NCBI GenBank assembly: GCA_039934415.1
Contig: JBDTME010000001.1
Span: forward strand, 201,417 to 265,416
DNA: 64,000 bases
From: Patescibacteria group bacterium
GTDB taxonomy: Bacteria > Patescibacteriota > Microgenomatia > UBA1400 > PJMF01
Direction of reading: 5' to 3'
The position numbers and the translations under genes are program-made. This document shows positions 37,801-47,341 of this stretch, piece by piece (position 1 is the stretch's first letter; every line of letters begins with the position of its first letter). The notes below the pieces were generated by a model, which was given only the letters and a program-made list of their open reading frames with translations, did no database searches and was not told where the DNA came from.

Positions 37801-38725
37801 TCTGCCGTCTTTTCAGCTGCCAGAATTGAATATCTTCCCATAACAATAACAGTGGAATTGCTGTAAAAGTTGATGAGTAGGTTCCCGTTAATGCACCTAC
37901 TAACAAGGCTACAGAAAACCACCGAATTGACTGTCCACCCAACAAAACCAGCGCTAACAACATCACAATAATCGTCAAAGAATTATTGATTGATCGACTC
38001 ATAGTCTGCATCGCAGCAGTATTCACCAAGGTTTTTAAAGGTGTGTGTGACTCTTTTTTACGGAGCTCTCGAATTCGATCAAAAAAAACAATTGTGTCAT
38101 GCACCGAAAAGGATAACGTCGTCAGGACAGCAGTCACAAATAAAACATCTACCTCTACTCCGTACAAAACTCCAAGAATACTGAATACAGAGAACAATAC
38201 AGCGGTGTCGTGAAACATAGCCAAGACAGCTGCAATTCCGTACTTTATCTCACTGAACTGACGCATCATATACAAAGTGATCACAATCGCAACTATAATT
38301 ACAGCGATCACTGTTTTGACAAGCAACTCTTTACCCAAAGTTGGCCCAACTGATTCGAAACGGAGTTCTTTAATATCTGGGTATGACTGTTTTAAAACGC
38401 TCAAAACAGTATCTTTTTCAGTATTACTGAGTTGCTTACTCCTTATAAGTAAGCTTTGTGCACCTGATGATTGAATCGACGAAATATCAATGACATTTTT
38501 TGATTTATCCTGGAGTTCGTTATTGGAAGGCAAGCCTGATTGGGGAAACTGTATTTCCAGTAAACTGCCGCCAGTAAAATCTATAGATGGCTTTAGACCA
38601 AATCGTAGTAGACAAAATAAACCAGGGAGAATCACCAACAACGAGATCACCAAAAATACCCAATAGTAGTGAAAAATGCGTTCAATCATACTGCCTTCAT
38701 TCCTACCGACCAGTAGGTATTTCAT
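37790..38725 (-). CDS. secF: Protein translocase subunit SecF
   Basis: Six-TM SecF profile with ...GTYSSTFTAIPLLLLW... and the RND-like TM bundle. The start may be internal (MIERIF at 38689). Confidence 0.85.
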   Translation of the reverse strand: MKYLLVGRNEGSMIERIFHYYWVFLVISLLVILPGLFCLLRFGLKPSIDFTGGSLLEIQFPQSGLPSNNELQDKSKNVIDISSIQSSGAQSLLIRSKQLSNTEKDTVLSVLKQSYPDIKELRFESVGPTLGKELLVKTVIAVIIVAIVITLYMMRQFSEIKYGIAAVLAMFHDTAVLFSVFSILGVLYGVEVDVLFVTAVLTTLSFSVHDTIVFFDRIRELRKKESHTPLKTLVNTAAMQTMSRSINNSLTIIVMLLALVLLGGQSIRWFSVALLVGALTGTYSSTFTAIPLLLLWEDIQFWQLKRRQTKK

Positions 38726-40076
38726 ATGGTTTTAAAAATATCCGCATTAACGTTCGACTAACAACAACACCAGTAAACAAACTTAATACAACACCTATGA
38801 ATAACGTCAATCCAAATCCTCTAACTAAGCCACTTGAGTTTAAAAAAGGAAAATTAAACGGATTGATCAGTACAAGCGAAGTGAAGATAGTCGTGATATT
38901 CGCGTCTTTAATACTGTCCCATGCTCGTCCAAATCCTAACTTCATGGCTAACTCGAACGGCTTTCCCGCACGTAGCTCTTCTTTCATTCGTTCAAAAATG
39001 AGAATATTTGCGTCTACAGCCATACCAATTGATAATACCAATCCAGCTATTCCAGGCAAGGTTAATGTAACATTCATTAATTTATACAGCGCTATGGTCA
39101 AAATCGCATAAATAATCAGTGCGATATCAGCTATGAACCCTTTCCAACCATATAACAAAACCATAAACAACATGACTAAACCTAACCCCAACAAACCTGC
39201 CACAACGCTTTTTTGAACTGAACTTTGTCCGAGACTCGCTCCAATGGTTTGCTGTTGCAAGACGTGTACTGAAACAGGTAAAGCTCCTGCATTGAGCTGA
39301 ATGCTCAAATTCTTCGCTTCATCGACGGTAAAACCACCGGTAATGATTGCACGTCCATCTAAGATAGGCACGTTAATCCGAGGTAGCATCAAAGGTACGT
39401 TATCTAAGAAGATGCCCAACACATTATTTACATTGGCTTTCGTTATCTCTGCAAACTTTTCAGCACCTTCATCATTAAATTCTAGAGTAACCACAGGTGC
39501 GTTAGATTGTTGATCAAATTGCACTGATGAACGTTTCAAATCTTTACCATTCAGCGGTGTTTCTTTAAATGTGGAAAGAAATGCTCGGGCCGATACAGTT
39601 GATTCTGGAGTAGGTTCTCCTTGCAATCGAAAATCAAGTTGAGCTGTTGTTCCGATTAACTGCAGTGCTTCCTCAGGGTCATCAACACCTGCTAGTTCTA
39701 CAATAATTCGATAGTCATCTTGAGTGATTGATGATTGCACAACAGGCTCATTCACACCGTACAGATCAACTCTTCTCAAAATTACTTGGCGAGTTGACTC
39801 CAGCGCATCTACTCGATCCTCTTCTGGAATTGAACTCATATCTGCTTCCAAAATGATCTGCGTTCCTCCTTGTATATCAAGGCCGCTTTTGAGGTCAAAT
39901 GACTTTTGTAATTTGACTCCACCAATGTTTAAATTGAGATCTGGTCGTACGAACTGAACGAGGCCTTCATTCCCAAATAAATGATAGGGAATTGTAAATT
40001 TCTGAGGTAGCGCAATGAGTAAAGAAACAACAACTAGGAGTAAGATAAATCCGTATCGTTTCAGAGAGGAAGACAT
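38703..40076 (-). CDS. secD: Protein translocase subunit SecD
   Basis: ...LDIQGGTQIILEAD..., ...LDFRLQG..., and the TM bundle ...LGLGLVMLFMVLLYGWKGFIADIALIIYAILTIALYKLMNVTLTLPGIAGLVLSIGMAVDANILIFERMKEE... Confidence 0.85.
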   Translation of the reverse strand: MSSSLKRYGFILLLVVVSLLIALPQKFTIPYHLFGNEGLVQFVRPDLNLNIGGVKLQKSFDLKSGLDIQGGTQIILEADMSSIPEEDRVDALESTRQVILRRVDLYGVNEPVVQSSITQDDYRIIVELAGVDDPEEALQLIGTTAQLDFRLQGEPTPESTVSARAFLSTFKETPLNGKDLKRSSVQFDQQSNAPVVTLEFNDEGAEKFAEITKANVNNVLGIFLDNVPLMLPRINVPILDGRAIITGGFTVDEAKNLSIQLNAGALPVSVHVLQQQTIGASLGQSSVQKSVVAGLLGLGLVMLFMVLLYGWKGFIADIALIIYAILTIALYKLMNVTLTLPGIAGLVLSIGMAVDANILIFERMKEELRAGKPFELAMKLGFGRAWDSIKDANITTIFTSLVLINPFNFPFLNSSGLVRGFGLTLFIGVVLSLFTGVVVSRTLMRIFLKPYEIPTGR

Positions 40077-40090
40077 AGTTGACTAGATTA

Positions 40091-40687
40091 CTACAACTGA
40101 GGTTTACGTGCAATCAGCTCTTCTTCATCTCCGATTACCATAATCCGACTACCTGACAGTTGTTCAAGTAGGAAAGGGTCTCGGCGCTGTTTGCGAAACT
40201 CAAATTCTTCTGGGCTAAAAATTGTATAGTTAATTTCTTTTTCTCTCTTTTTTTCTTCTTGCTGCACTAACAAAGAAATTTCAGCTTGAACGACTTCACC
40301 AACAATCAAAACATCGATGTCCTCGTGACTGCGTTGTAAATGTTTAGCAAACTTACCAGAGAAAACAACAAACTGAATCTTCCCTAATTTTGCTCTTTTT
40401 TTGTGAAACTCTTTACCTAATCCTGTACTTTTAGCCACCATGCAAAGTAGCTCATTGTAAAAATAGTATTGAGTATTGAGAGTGTAATACAGTCGGTTGC
40501 CACGTTGCTCTTTGCGAATGATACCGTTTTGCATCATCCTATCTAGTTCACGACGCACAGCATTAATTTCCTCACCAACTTCTCTAGTAATTTGACGTAC
40601 GTAAAACATCTCAGTTGGGCGCGAGTAAAGTAACTCGATCAAACTGACGCGCACTCTAGACATCATGAAATCTTTTAGTTCTGACAT
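40091..40687 (-). CDS. Winged-helix (ArsR/MarR-like) DNA-binding protein with an uncharacterised C-terminal domain
   Basis: The N-terminal wHTH pattern (...SLIELLYSRPTEMFYVRQITREVGEEINAVRRELDRMMQNGIIRKEQRGNRLYYTL...) is followed by a roughly 100 aa domain of unknown function. TAATCT lies 6 nt upstream of the ATG. Confidence 0.45.
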   Translation of the reverse strand: MSELKDFMMSRVRVSLIELLYSRPTEMFYVRQITREVGEEINAVRRELDRMMQNGIIRKEQRGNRLYYTLNTQYYFYNELLCMVAKSTGLGKEFHKKRAKLGKIQFVVFSGKFAKHLQRSHEDIDVLIVGEVVQAEISLLVQQEEKKREKEINYTIFSPEEFEFRKQRRDPFLLEQLSGSRIMVIGDEEELIARKPQL

Positions 40688-40802
40688 AAATTGAGATTAA
40701 TTTTTTTAACTGAAAACAAACTGAATAACTACTTTTCTTTTCTTTAAACATCACGAGCTTATCACAAAAAGTGTTCAATTTAAAGCCATGATTGAAACGC
40801 AG

Positions 40803-40826
40803 AACGCCCAATTTCTTGGGCGCTCA
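40803..40826 (-). terminator. Possible terminator hairpin downstream of the 40857..42038 gene
   Basis: GAACGCCCAA-TTTC-TTGGGCGCTC (10-bp stem, 1 mismatch). The T-tract on the minus strand is weak. Confidence 0.3.
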
Positions 40827-40856
40827 AAGTTATGTTGTTTAACTTAATTTAAAAAC

Positions 40857-42038
40857 TTAATATGTTACTTTTCCAGCGGTGTTATCGACCACACTGATCC
40901 ACATCTTCCCTCTTACCAACTCAACCGGTTTGCCTTTTTTATCAGTGAATGCTAACTCTGATTCACGTTTTGGTTTGGACCAGTTTAACTCGATGGCTTC
41001 CCCATTTTGAAATAAGACAGCTGTTCCAGTGCCTGTGGTGTTATAGAGCATGTGCTTTAACTCATCAACAACTTTTGACTTCATGTTCATCACGATGACA
41101 CTTTTAACTGCGAGTTGTTTTCCAGTCTCTAAATCTTTATGAGGTTCTCCAGCCATTGTTCGTAAGTATGAATTGGTAGCTTTATCGTAATCCCATTTTA
41201 CTGAGTAATCACTGTCGCCAGTCCAAAATTCATATGACAAGGTGTTGACTGAACCTTTACCTGGTTCTTCTGCATCTGCAAATGTCCATCCTTTATAACC
41301 AGCTGACCAATCATTTCCTTTTGGATCTAAATTAGTCCACTCGCGCTTAACACCAACATCCCAAAGCTTTTCGGAAGTACTGACCATGGTATGTTCTGTA
41401 GCGATGTCTTTGCCTGCTATACGATTATAGTTACGCACAAATGTTGGATATCCTACTGAGAATTGGTTGATATCATTTTCACCATTCCAACCGTAATCAC
41501 CTAGATGACCAAGAGCATTCACTGGTCCTGGTAGATTTGCGCCACCGACGTGAACGTACAAAGGTCTATTAAAACCGGATGCCCAATCAATATAGTTATC
41601 ACGGGCACTTCTGACAGGTGCTAAGGTGACGTCATTTCGCACCACATCACAGTAGAACATCCCCATAAAACGAGTGACTCCACCTTCAGCTAACGCTTCA
41701 AAAACGATATCAGCTCGGATTAAACCTGACTGCGGTCGTGCTTCTGGATGATTTTCGATCATGACTGCAAGAGGGCGTCGAGTGCTCCACACATCTTTTT
41801 CTGTTTTGGTATACATTTGACCATCGAGAGGACAAACTTGATCTTTAGCTTCGTTTGGATCAATTGCTAAACCTTCCGATTCTTGTGCTTGCTGATCAGC
41901 TTGCATGTCTGATTTTTGTTGGTTTTGAGCGTCATCAGCTTTCTTTGAGGAACCGATCGCACTAAAGGTTGCATATGCTGCACCTGTGGAAACGATATAT
42001 AACAAAATTGCCAACAGTAAAACGTTTTTCATTTTCAT
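40857..42038 (-). CDS. Secreted DUF3048 (YerB-like) protein
   Basis: Signal peptide MKMKNVLLLAILLYIVSTGAAYA. The region ...PLAVMIENHPEARPQSGLIRADIVFEALAEGGVTRFMGMFY... resembles the DUF3048 N-terminal domain. SD AAAGG lies 6 nt upstream and TATAAT about 35 nt upstream. Confidence 0.5.
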   Translation of the reverse strand: MKMKNVLLLAILLYIVSTGAAYATFSAIGSSKKADDAQNQQKSDMQADQQAQESEGLAIDPNEAKDQVCPLDGQMYTKTEKDVWSTRRPLAVMIENHPEARPQSGLIRADIVFEALAEGGVTRFMGMFYCDVVRNDVTLAPVRSARDNYIDWASGFNRPLYVHVGGANLPGPVNALGHLGDYGWNGENDINQFSVGYPTFVRNYNRIAGKDIATEHTMVSTSEKLWDVGVKREWTNLDPKGNDWSAGYKGWTFADAEEPGKGSVNTLSYEFWTGDSDYSVKWDYDKATNSYLRTMAGEPHKDLETGKQLAVKSVIVMNMKSKVVDELKHMLYNTTGTGTAVLFQNGEAIELNWSKPKRESELAFTDKKGKPVELVRGKMWISVVDNTAGKVTY

Positions 42039-42155
42039 ACGTAACCTTTCAAGTGTGATGACTCAAGGATCTTTATTATAATCACTGAGCTATGGATTGA
42101 GAAGTGGTGATCCAGAGTTGAATTTAAGAGAAACCTTGATATAGTAGCTATACCT

Positions 42156-42407
42156 ATGGCTCAACATCGTACGAAACAAGATAAAATTGCAGCTCATATT
42201 CATAGAATTGAGAGTGCACCGTTGTACTCACTCACTGAAATTGATAAAGACACGACGAAGACAATCACCACTACTTCATCAAAGTCGGAAAAATCTCACA
42301 ATTTAAATGTGAACATGCAAACAGTACAGATTGATTTGCAACGCTCTGCCGTTTCTTTGGCAATTATCTTAATTCTCTTGGCTGCGGGCTTTTACTTTCT
42401 TCGTTAG
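42156..42407 (+). CDS. Small tail-anchored membrane protein (83 aa), hypothetical
   Basis: Ser/Thr/Lys-rich N-terminal region followed by a single C-terminal TM segment AVSLAIILILLAAGFYFLR. No SD. It lies on the opposite strand to both neighbours. Confidence 0.25.
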   Translation: MAQHRTKQDKIAAHIHRIESAPLYSLTEIDKDTTKTITTTSSKSEKSHNLNVNMQTVQIDLQRSAVSLAIILILLAAGFYFLR

Positions 42408-42995
42408 CTACTCTGTCACTGTTGTCTTTAAAAATAGTTTTACTTTTTCTAAACACTTAGCACGATGGCTCATCGTATTTTTTATTTCAGATCCTAATTC
42501 GGCAAATGATTTTGTATAGCCAACCGGAATAAATACAGGGTCATAGCCAAAACCTTGATCACCTGCTATTGTGCGGGCAATTGATCCTTCGACTGTTCCT
42601 TGAAAAATTTGGTGCACAGTAGGTCCTAACAGTACCATGACAGAAATGAAGCGAGCTGTTCTTTTTTCATCTGGCACGCTTTCGAGTTCGTTTAGGAGCT
42701 TTTGATTGCGGTCCTGATCTGAAGTTCCGTATCTTTTAGAGTAGACTCCAGGCCGACCATCCAAAGCGTCGACTTCCAAACCTGAATCGTCAGCCAATAT
42801 ATAAAATTCAGGAAAAAGTTGCTGATACGCTTTGGCCTTCAACATTGCATTTTCTTCAAAGGTACTGCCAGTTTCTTCTACATCCAAATCTTTTTCTGGG
42901 ATGACAATCTCTATGGATAAATCCGAGAGCAATTGTTTGATTTCTTTTAGCTTTCCTAGGTTTTGAGATGCAATGACGAGTTTTTTCATGACCAT
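42408..42995 (-). CDS. rdgB: Non-canonical purine NTP pyrophosphatase (RdgB/HAM1 family)
   Basis: KLVIASQNLGKLKEIKQLL..., ...ETGSTFEENAMLKA..., ...ADDSGLEVDALDGRPGVYSKRY..., ...GFGYDPVFIP... Confidence 0.85.
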   Translation of the reverse strand: MVMKKLVIASQNLGKLKEIKQLLSDLSIEIVIPEKDLDVEETGSTFEENAMLKAKAYQQLFPEFYILADDSGLEVDALDGRPGVYSKRYGTSDQDRNQKLLNELESVPDEKRTARFISVMVLLGPTVHQIFQGTVEGSIARTIAGDQGFGYDPVFIPVGYTKSFAELGSEIKNTMSHRAKCLEKVKLFLKTTVTE

Positions 42996-43036
42996 AGTAT
43001 ATCAATGAAATGAAATAACTTTTACTTTCTTAAAAA

Positions 43037-44263
43037 ATGTGTCACAATAAAGCCATGACACCATCTTTTTCACCATCAAAAACACTCATCGATCGCTACG
43101 CTGATGTACTTGTGAATTTTGCACTCAATTCTGGTAAAGGTTTGAAGAAGGGTGAGGTAGTTGATTGTGTAGTGCCAGACGAAGCTAAGCCACTCGCTTT
43201 GGCTTTACAGAACGCTATTCTTAAAAGTGGTGGTCATCCAATGATTCGCCTGATACCAACTGGATTTGATAAAGATTACTATACTTTAGCAAATGAAGCT
43301 CAGTTAAAGTTTTTTCCGATTGAGTACTATCAGCAGCGCGCGAAACTCGTTGATCATCAAATTGGCGTGATTGCTGATGTCGATCCTCGAGAACTTGAAC
43401 ATGTTGATATGGCTAAAATCATGATGGCTCGTAATGCCAGAAAAGCGTACCGAGATTGGTTGACTGAAAAAGAGTTAAAAGGAAAATTCACATGGACGAT
43501 TGCGTTATGGGGTGTGGAAGCAAAAGCAAAAGAAGTTGGGTTAACATTGGAAGAGTACTGGAAACAGATTAGCAAAGCGTGTTTTTTGGATAAAAAAGAT
43601 CCGATTGGCGAGTGGCAAAAAATCTTTGTGCTTCAAAAAGCAATTCTCAAAAAGATCAACTCGATGGAGATTGAAAGTGTTCATGTTTTCGGACCAGATG
43701 CTGATATCGTAATTCGGTTGGGAGCAGATCGAGCGTGGTTTGGTGGCAGTGGCCGAAACATTCCTAGCTTTGAGTGCTTCACTTCCCCTGATTGGAGAGG
43801 GACAGAAGGCTGGATTTACTTTAATCAACCTCTTTATCGTTATGGCAATGTGATGAGAGATATCCGACTTGAGTTCCACAATGGTTTAGTTTCAAAAGCA
43901 CACGCCAAAGTTGGTAATACCCTCCTCCAAGAAATGCTCAAAACACCAAATGCCAACAAACTGGGCGAGTACTCTCTGACTGATAAACGCATGTCTCGGA
44001 TTACCCACATCATGGCAGAAACACTCTTTGATGAAAATATCGGCGGACCTCAAGGTAATACTCATCTAGCGATAGGCATGTCATATAAAGACTGCTTCAA
44101 AGGTGACGCCTCCAAATTGACTAAAGCAGACTGGGAAAAACGAGGCTTTAATGATTCAGCTGAACACACTGACATCATCTCTACGACCCCGAGAACAGTC
44201 ACCGCTACCCTCACCAACGGAGTCCAAAAAGTCATCTACAAAAACGGCATGTTCGTTGATTAA
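43037..44263 (+). CDS. M29 family aminopeptidase (AmpS/PepS-like)
   Basis: The N-terminal ...LIDRYADVLVNFALNSGKGLKKGEVVDCVVPDEAKPLALALQNAILKSGGHPMIRLI... and its overall length match the thermophilic-metalloprotease M29 family. Confidence 0.65.
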   Translation: MCHNKAMTPSFSPSKTLIDRYADVLVNFALNSGKGLKKGEVVDCVVPDEAKPLALALQNAILKSGGHPMIRLIPTGFDKDYYTLANEAQLKFFPIEYYQQRAKLVDHQIGVIADVDPRELEHVDMAKIMMARNARKAYRDWLTEKELKGKFTWTIALWGVEAKAKEVGLTLEEYWKQISKACFLDKKDPIGEWQKIFVLQKAILKKINSMEIESVHVFGPDADIVIRLGADRAWFGGSGRNIPSFECFTSPDWRGTEGWIYFNQPLYRYGNVMRDIRLEFHNGLVSKAHAKVGNTLLQEMLKTPNANKLGEYSLTDKRMSRITHIMAETLFDENIGGPQGNTHLAIGMSYKDCFKGDASKLTKADWEKRGFNDSAEHTDIISTTPRTVTATLTNGVQKVIYKNGMFVD

Positions 44264-44281
44264 AGCCACATTTCACCTATC

Positions 44282-44310
44282 TTGAGGAATACCCGCTTCA
44301 CCTGTATAAT
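44282..44310 (+). promoter_or_regulatory. Promoter for tRNA-Glu (TTGAGG-17-TATAAT)
   Basis: TTGAGG at 44282-44287, a 17-nt spacer, TATAAT at 44305-44310, 15 nt upstream of the tRNA 5' end. Confidence 0.5.
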
Positions 44311-44325
44311 TTGAGGATCTTACTC

Positions 44326-44398
44326 GGCTCCATCGTCCAGAGGCCTAGGACACCAGGTTCTCATCCTGGTAACTCCGGTTCGAATCCGGATGGAGTCA
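44326..44398 (+). tRNA. tRNA-Glu (anticodon CUC)
   Basis: Folded manually. Acceptor GGCUCCA/UGGAGUC (one G.U), U8, D-stem GUCC/GGAC, anticodon stem CCAGG/CCUGG with loop UUCUCAU (anticodon CUC), T-arm UCCGG-UUCGAAU-CCGGA, discriminator A. No encoded CCA. Confidence 0.85.
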
Positions 44399-44428
44399 CA
44401 GTGGGGTATTTGTTCTTGCATCTCATAA

Positions 44429-45091
44429 GTGTATAACAGTAATTCTTCTTCAAGATTAGGTTATAATCATCTGATGTCTTCGGCTCATATCAAATCCCAT
44501 TTCTCCAAGACCGACAAGATCTTGTTTAACATCCTGGATACAATGGAATTTGAGGTGTTGAAACCTCAAGCCGTTCCTGCTGAATATTTTCATCGCCTGA
44601 CTCGTGAGATTATCGGTCAACAATTGTCTGTCAAAGTAGCCGATGTGATCTATAAGCGATTTGAGAGTTTGTTCCACAATCAACCAATCACGGCAGAGAT
44701 GATCTTAAAAGCTGAGGATCAAACCCTACGAGATATTGGCATGTCCTGGGGAAAAGTGAAATATGTCAAAGACTTGGCTGCGAAAACTAAAAATAAAGAA
44801 CTCGCTTTTGAACAGTTTACTGAAATGAGTGAAGAAGAAGTTATTACAGAGTTAACAAAGGTAAAGGGAATTGGTCGCTGGACTGCTGAAATGTTTTTAA
44901 TTTTTAATCTCGGTCGCGAAGACGTGTTCTCATTTGGTGATCTCGGGTTAAGACGGGCGATTGAAAAAAACTATGGCTTAGACAAAGATGTACACGTCAA
45001 ACTCATGGAACCAATCGTGCAGAACTGGAAACCCTACCGCAGCTACGCTTCACTAGCGTTGTGGCATTCACTTGATAATAAACCAAAATAA
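44429..45091 (+). CDS. HhH-GPD DNA glycosylase (AlkA-like 3-methyladenine glycosylase II)
   Basis: HhH-GPD signature ...LTKVKGIGRWTAEMFLIFNLGREDVFSFGDLGLRRAI... with the catalytic Asp in context. Confidence 0.7.
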   Translation: MYNSNSSSRLGYNHLMSSAHIKSHFSKTDKILFNILDTMEFEVLKPQAVPAEYFHRLTREIIGQQLSVKVADVIYKRFESLFHNQPITAEMILKAEDQTLRDIGMSWGKVKYVKDLAAKTKNKELAFEQFTEMSEEEVITELTKVKGIGRWTAEMFLIFNLGREDVFSFGDLGLRRAIEKNYGLDKDVHVKLMEPIVQNWKPYRSYASLALWHSLDNKPK

Positions 45092-45106
45092 GAATAAAAA
45101 GTAAGT

Positions 45107-45610
45107 CTAGCCGAAAGGCTTAAACTTCACTTTGTAAGGCATAGTGACAAAAGTATTTGTGTCATCAATACGCACTTCACAATAAAGGCTAAAAGCGCCT
45201 TCATAGACTACATCACCTCCAAAGTTTCTGTACCTATAACTATTTCGATGAAAACCAGATACTTTTTTCCGATCTGGATAATAATGTTCCTCTAAACCAG
45301 CAACATGTTGAACGCTATGCGTAGCAATAAGTTCTTCTCCGCTCTTGAAGAGGCCGGTCGATTTTCGTCTCACAGTAACAGTGCATAACTCACCATATGT
45401 CGTTCTGACACCAACTTTCACCAGAGATATGTATGGAATAGCACCCACACCCTCGATCTGCGAAATCGTGTGATATATGGCTTTTGTCTTGCCATCTGGA
45501 GTCTTGTACTCAATTTCCACCTGAGCCCCTCTGGGTGGCAGTTTCTGACCAAACCCAAAGGCAAAGACGTAGTTTGCGACCGCTAGGGCACTCATTGAAT
45601 GGGGTTGCAT
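45107..45610 (-). CDS. Hypothetical secreted protein (167 aa)
   Basis: Probable signal peptide (MSALAVANYVFAFGFGQ) followed by a beta-rich region with two Cys. No family recognised. Confidence 0.35.
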   Translation of the reverse strand: MQPHSMSALAVANYVFAFGFGQKLPPRGAQVEIEYKTPDGKTKAIYHTISQIEGVGAIPYISLVKVGVRTTYGELCTVTVRRKSTGLFKSGEELIATHSVQHVAGLEEHYYPDRKKVSGFHRNSYRYRNFGGDVVYEGAFSLYCEVRIDDTNTFVTMPYKVKFKPFG

Positions 45611-45706
45611 AGCATTATTATACCTGATTCAAGAGGAAATCTCAAAAAAAACAGTCCGTATCCGCCTCTCTTGTAAATCTCAGTTTTTCTCCTGTATACT
45701 GAGTGT

Positions 45707-46633
45707 GTGTCTAATTTCTTGTCAAATCCATTTCAATCCCCTTTAAACAAACTTTTGAGGGACATTACACCTTCCGCAAACGAAAATAAACTTGCAGATT
45801 CTGCATTTGACACCGTTCGTAAAAAAATGCAACAGATGGTTGAGCAACGATCCCTTCCTGTTCTTAACCCTGAGATTATTACCTTAGTCGGCTCTCACTA
45901 TAGAGAAACTGACATATCACCGCTTCAACACATCGACGTATTCTTAGAAATTGATTCATCATTAGTAGATGTACATGTAAAAGGTGATACTCTCAGTCTA
46001 GTAACTAAAGATAATGTTTTGAGCACATGTGTCGATGATTCACTCCATGTGTTACCTCAAAAACTTGTGTCAGCCTTACAAGTTACCTTTTCGCAACACT
46101 TTCCCGCTACCATATCCAGCACCGGTCAAAGCATTAAGATTCAACTAGAAAAAGAAAAATTTTTCGTTCGTATCACCCCTTCATTTGCTTGGGATCATTC
46201 TTTTTTCGTCCCTCAAGAAAAATCAGAACTTTTGTGGCGAAGAGTCTCACCATACAAAGAAAAGGCAATCCTCGACCAGGTCAATCAATTACATAATGGC
46301 AACATCAAAAGCGTTATTCGCTGTGTCAAACTCTGGAACGAACTCAGAAATAATGAGAGCTTTCGAAATTATCATCTTGAAGCAATCGCATATACTATTT
46401 TTAGAGAAATTCCCACAGCTACACATAACGTCATGGAAGCACTTGAATTGTATGTTAACCAAATGCCAAGATATATCTACAATTGTCCCGATCCAACAGG
46501 CTTAGACACCCCTATTCATACATACTTACCTGACAACATTGATCAGTGGTATCTGTTCATGAATAGAATTGCCGAATTAAAAACAGCTATTAAAAGCGGA
46601 GAAAAAAGTTTGGTCGCCTTACTAAAAATATGA
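45707..46633 (+). CDS. Nucleotidyltransferase-fold (Pol-beta superfamily-like) protein, divergent; candidate signalling or defence NTase
   Basis: 308 aa. Around residue 70 ...IITLVGSHYRETDISPLQHIDVFLEID... aligns with the GS-x-Y/A-x-R-x-T...[D/E]hD motif of minimal NTases and cGAS/DncV-like enzymes, with the first acidic residue replaced by His (H-I-D). A helical C-terminal half follows. GTG start at 45707 with TATACT 6 nt upstream. The ORF ends with an ATGA overlap onto the next gene. Confidence 0.3.
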   Translation: MSNFLSNPFQSPLNKLLRDITPSANENKLADSAFDTVRKKMQQMVEQRSLPVLNPEIITLVGSHYRETDISPLQHIDVFLEIDSSLVDVHVKGDTLSLVTKDNVLSTCVDDSLHVLPQKLVSALQVTFSQHFPATISSTGQSIKIQLEKEKFFVRITPSFAWDHSFFVPQEKSELLWRRVSPYKEKAILDQVNQLHNGNIKSVIRCVKLWNELRNNESFRNYHLEAIAYTIFREIPTATHNVMEALELYVNQMPRYIYNCPDPTGLDTPIHTYLPDNIDQWYLFMNRIAELKTAIKSGEKSLVALLKI

Positions 46634-47118
46634 ACGTACTTGACACCCTTTTTGAGCAGCACTCGTTTCGACTTGGAGTTTCTCGTGGAGAATACTTCTT
46701 TCACAGATTTCCGCACCTCCCTTCTCAGTTGATGGAGTTTTTAGTCAGTCTGCTACCAGCGATTTTTTTTGCACTAGGCATCCTCCATGCTGTCATGGGT
46801 GCCCTTGTGATGATCACTGGCACACACTTCTTAACTCAACTACAGACACTATCACCAGTGATCAATCCGCTTTATTTGATGATGAATGGCATGTTGGCAA
46901 TCTCAAACGGTTTGTTCATGCTATTAGCTTTCACGGAAATAAAACGGCAAACCGAAAACGGATGGCGCACGTTCTTCTTAATCAACCTCGTTTCAATCTT
47001 GCAGTCAATTTTGAGCATCGTTTTTACGCCAAGAGCGATATTTAGTGTCATCCTCTACATAGCAATCACAATGTATCTGACCTTTGAATTTAAACCCTAC
47101 TTCAAGAAAGTTATTTAG
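46630..47118 (+). CDS. Small 4-TM membrane protein, translationally coupled to the NTase-like gene
   Basis: 162 aa. About 40 soluble N-terminal residues are followed by four hydrophobic helices (LVSLLPAIFFALGILHAVMGALVMI, LYLMMNGMLAISNGLFMLLAF, FFLINLVSILQSILSIVF, IFSVILYIAITMYLTF). Its start overlaps the upstream stop (ATGA at 46630-46633). Confidence 0.45.
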   Translation: MNVLDTLFEQHSFRLGVSRGEYFFHRFPHLPSQLMEFLVSLLPAIFFALGILHAVMGALVMITGTHFLTQLQTLSPVINPLYLMMNGMLAISNGLFMLLAFTEIKRQTENGWRTFFLINLVSILQSILSIVFTPRAIFSVILYIAITMYLTFEFKPYFKKVI

Positions 47119-47341
47119 GCAGTCGTTTAAAATGCCTGAGGACGAGCAAGACTACACAAAGAATCAGTAGATTGAGACTACCAATAATAAAATCTCCTGC
47201 AAGAAAATCATCCATTACGATAAATGAAACACCAGAAATGTAAGCTAAAAGGAAAATGAGATGTAGCCGTTGATGCTTTTCAATGCAGAGTAACTGAATT
47301 ATCCAACCAAGTAAAATGAGAAATAGTCCAAGAACGGTCAT
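47111..47341 (-). CDS. Small 2-TM membrane protein (76 aa)
   Basis: Two hydrophobic helices. It overlaps the upstream gene by 4 nt and is the last gene of the femAB-like operon. Confidence 0.35.
   Translation of the reverse strand: MTVLGLFLILLGWIIQLLCIEKHQRLHLIFLLAYISGVSFIVMDDFLAGDFIIGSLNLLILCVVLLVLRHFKRLPK

Noticed and set aside
40091-40687. wHTH protein considered as an AbiEi-like antitoxin paired with a nucleotidyltransferase toxin
   Set aside because: No NTase or toxin gene is adjacent. Its neighbours are secD and a DUF3048 secreted protein, and it is more likely an ordinary ArsR/MarR-like regulator.
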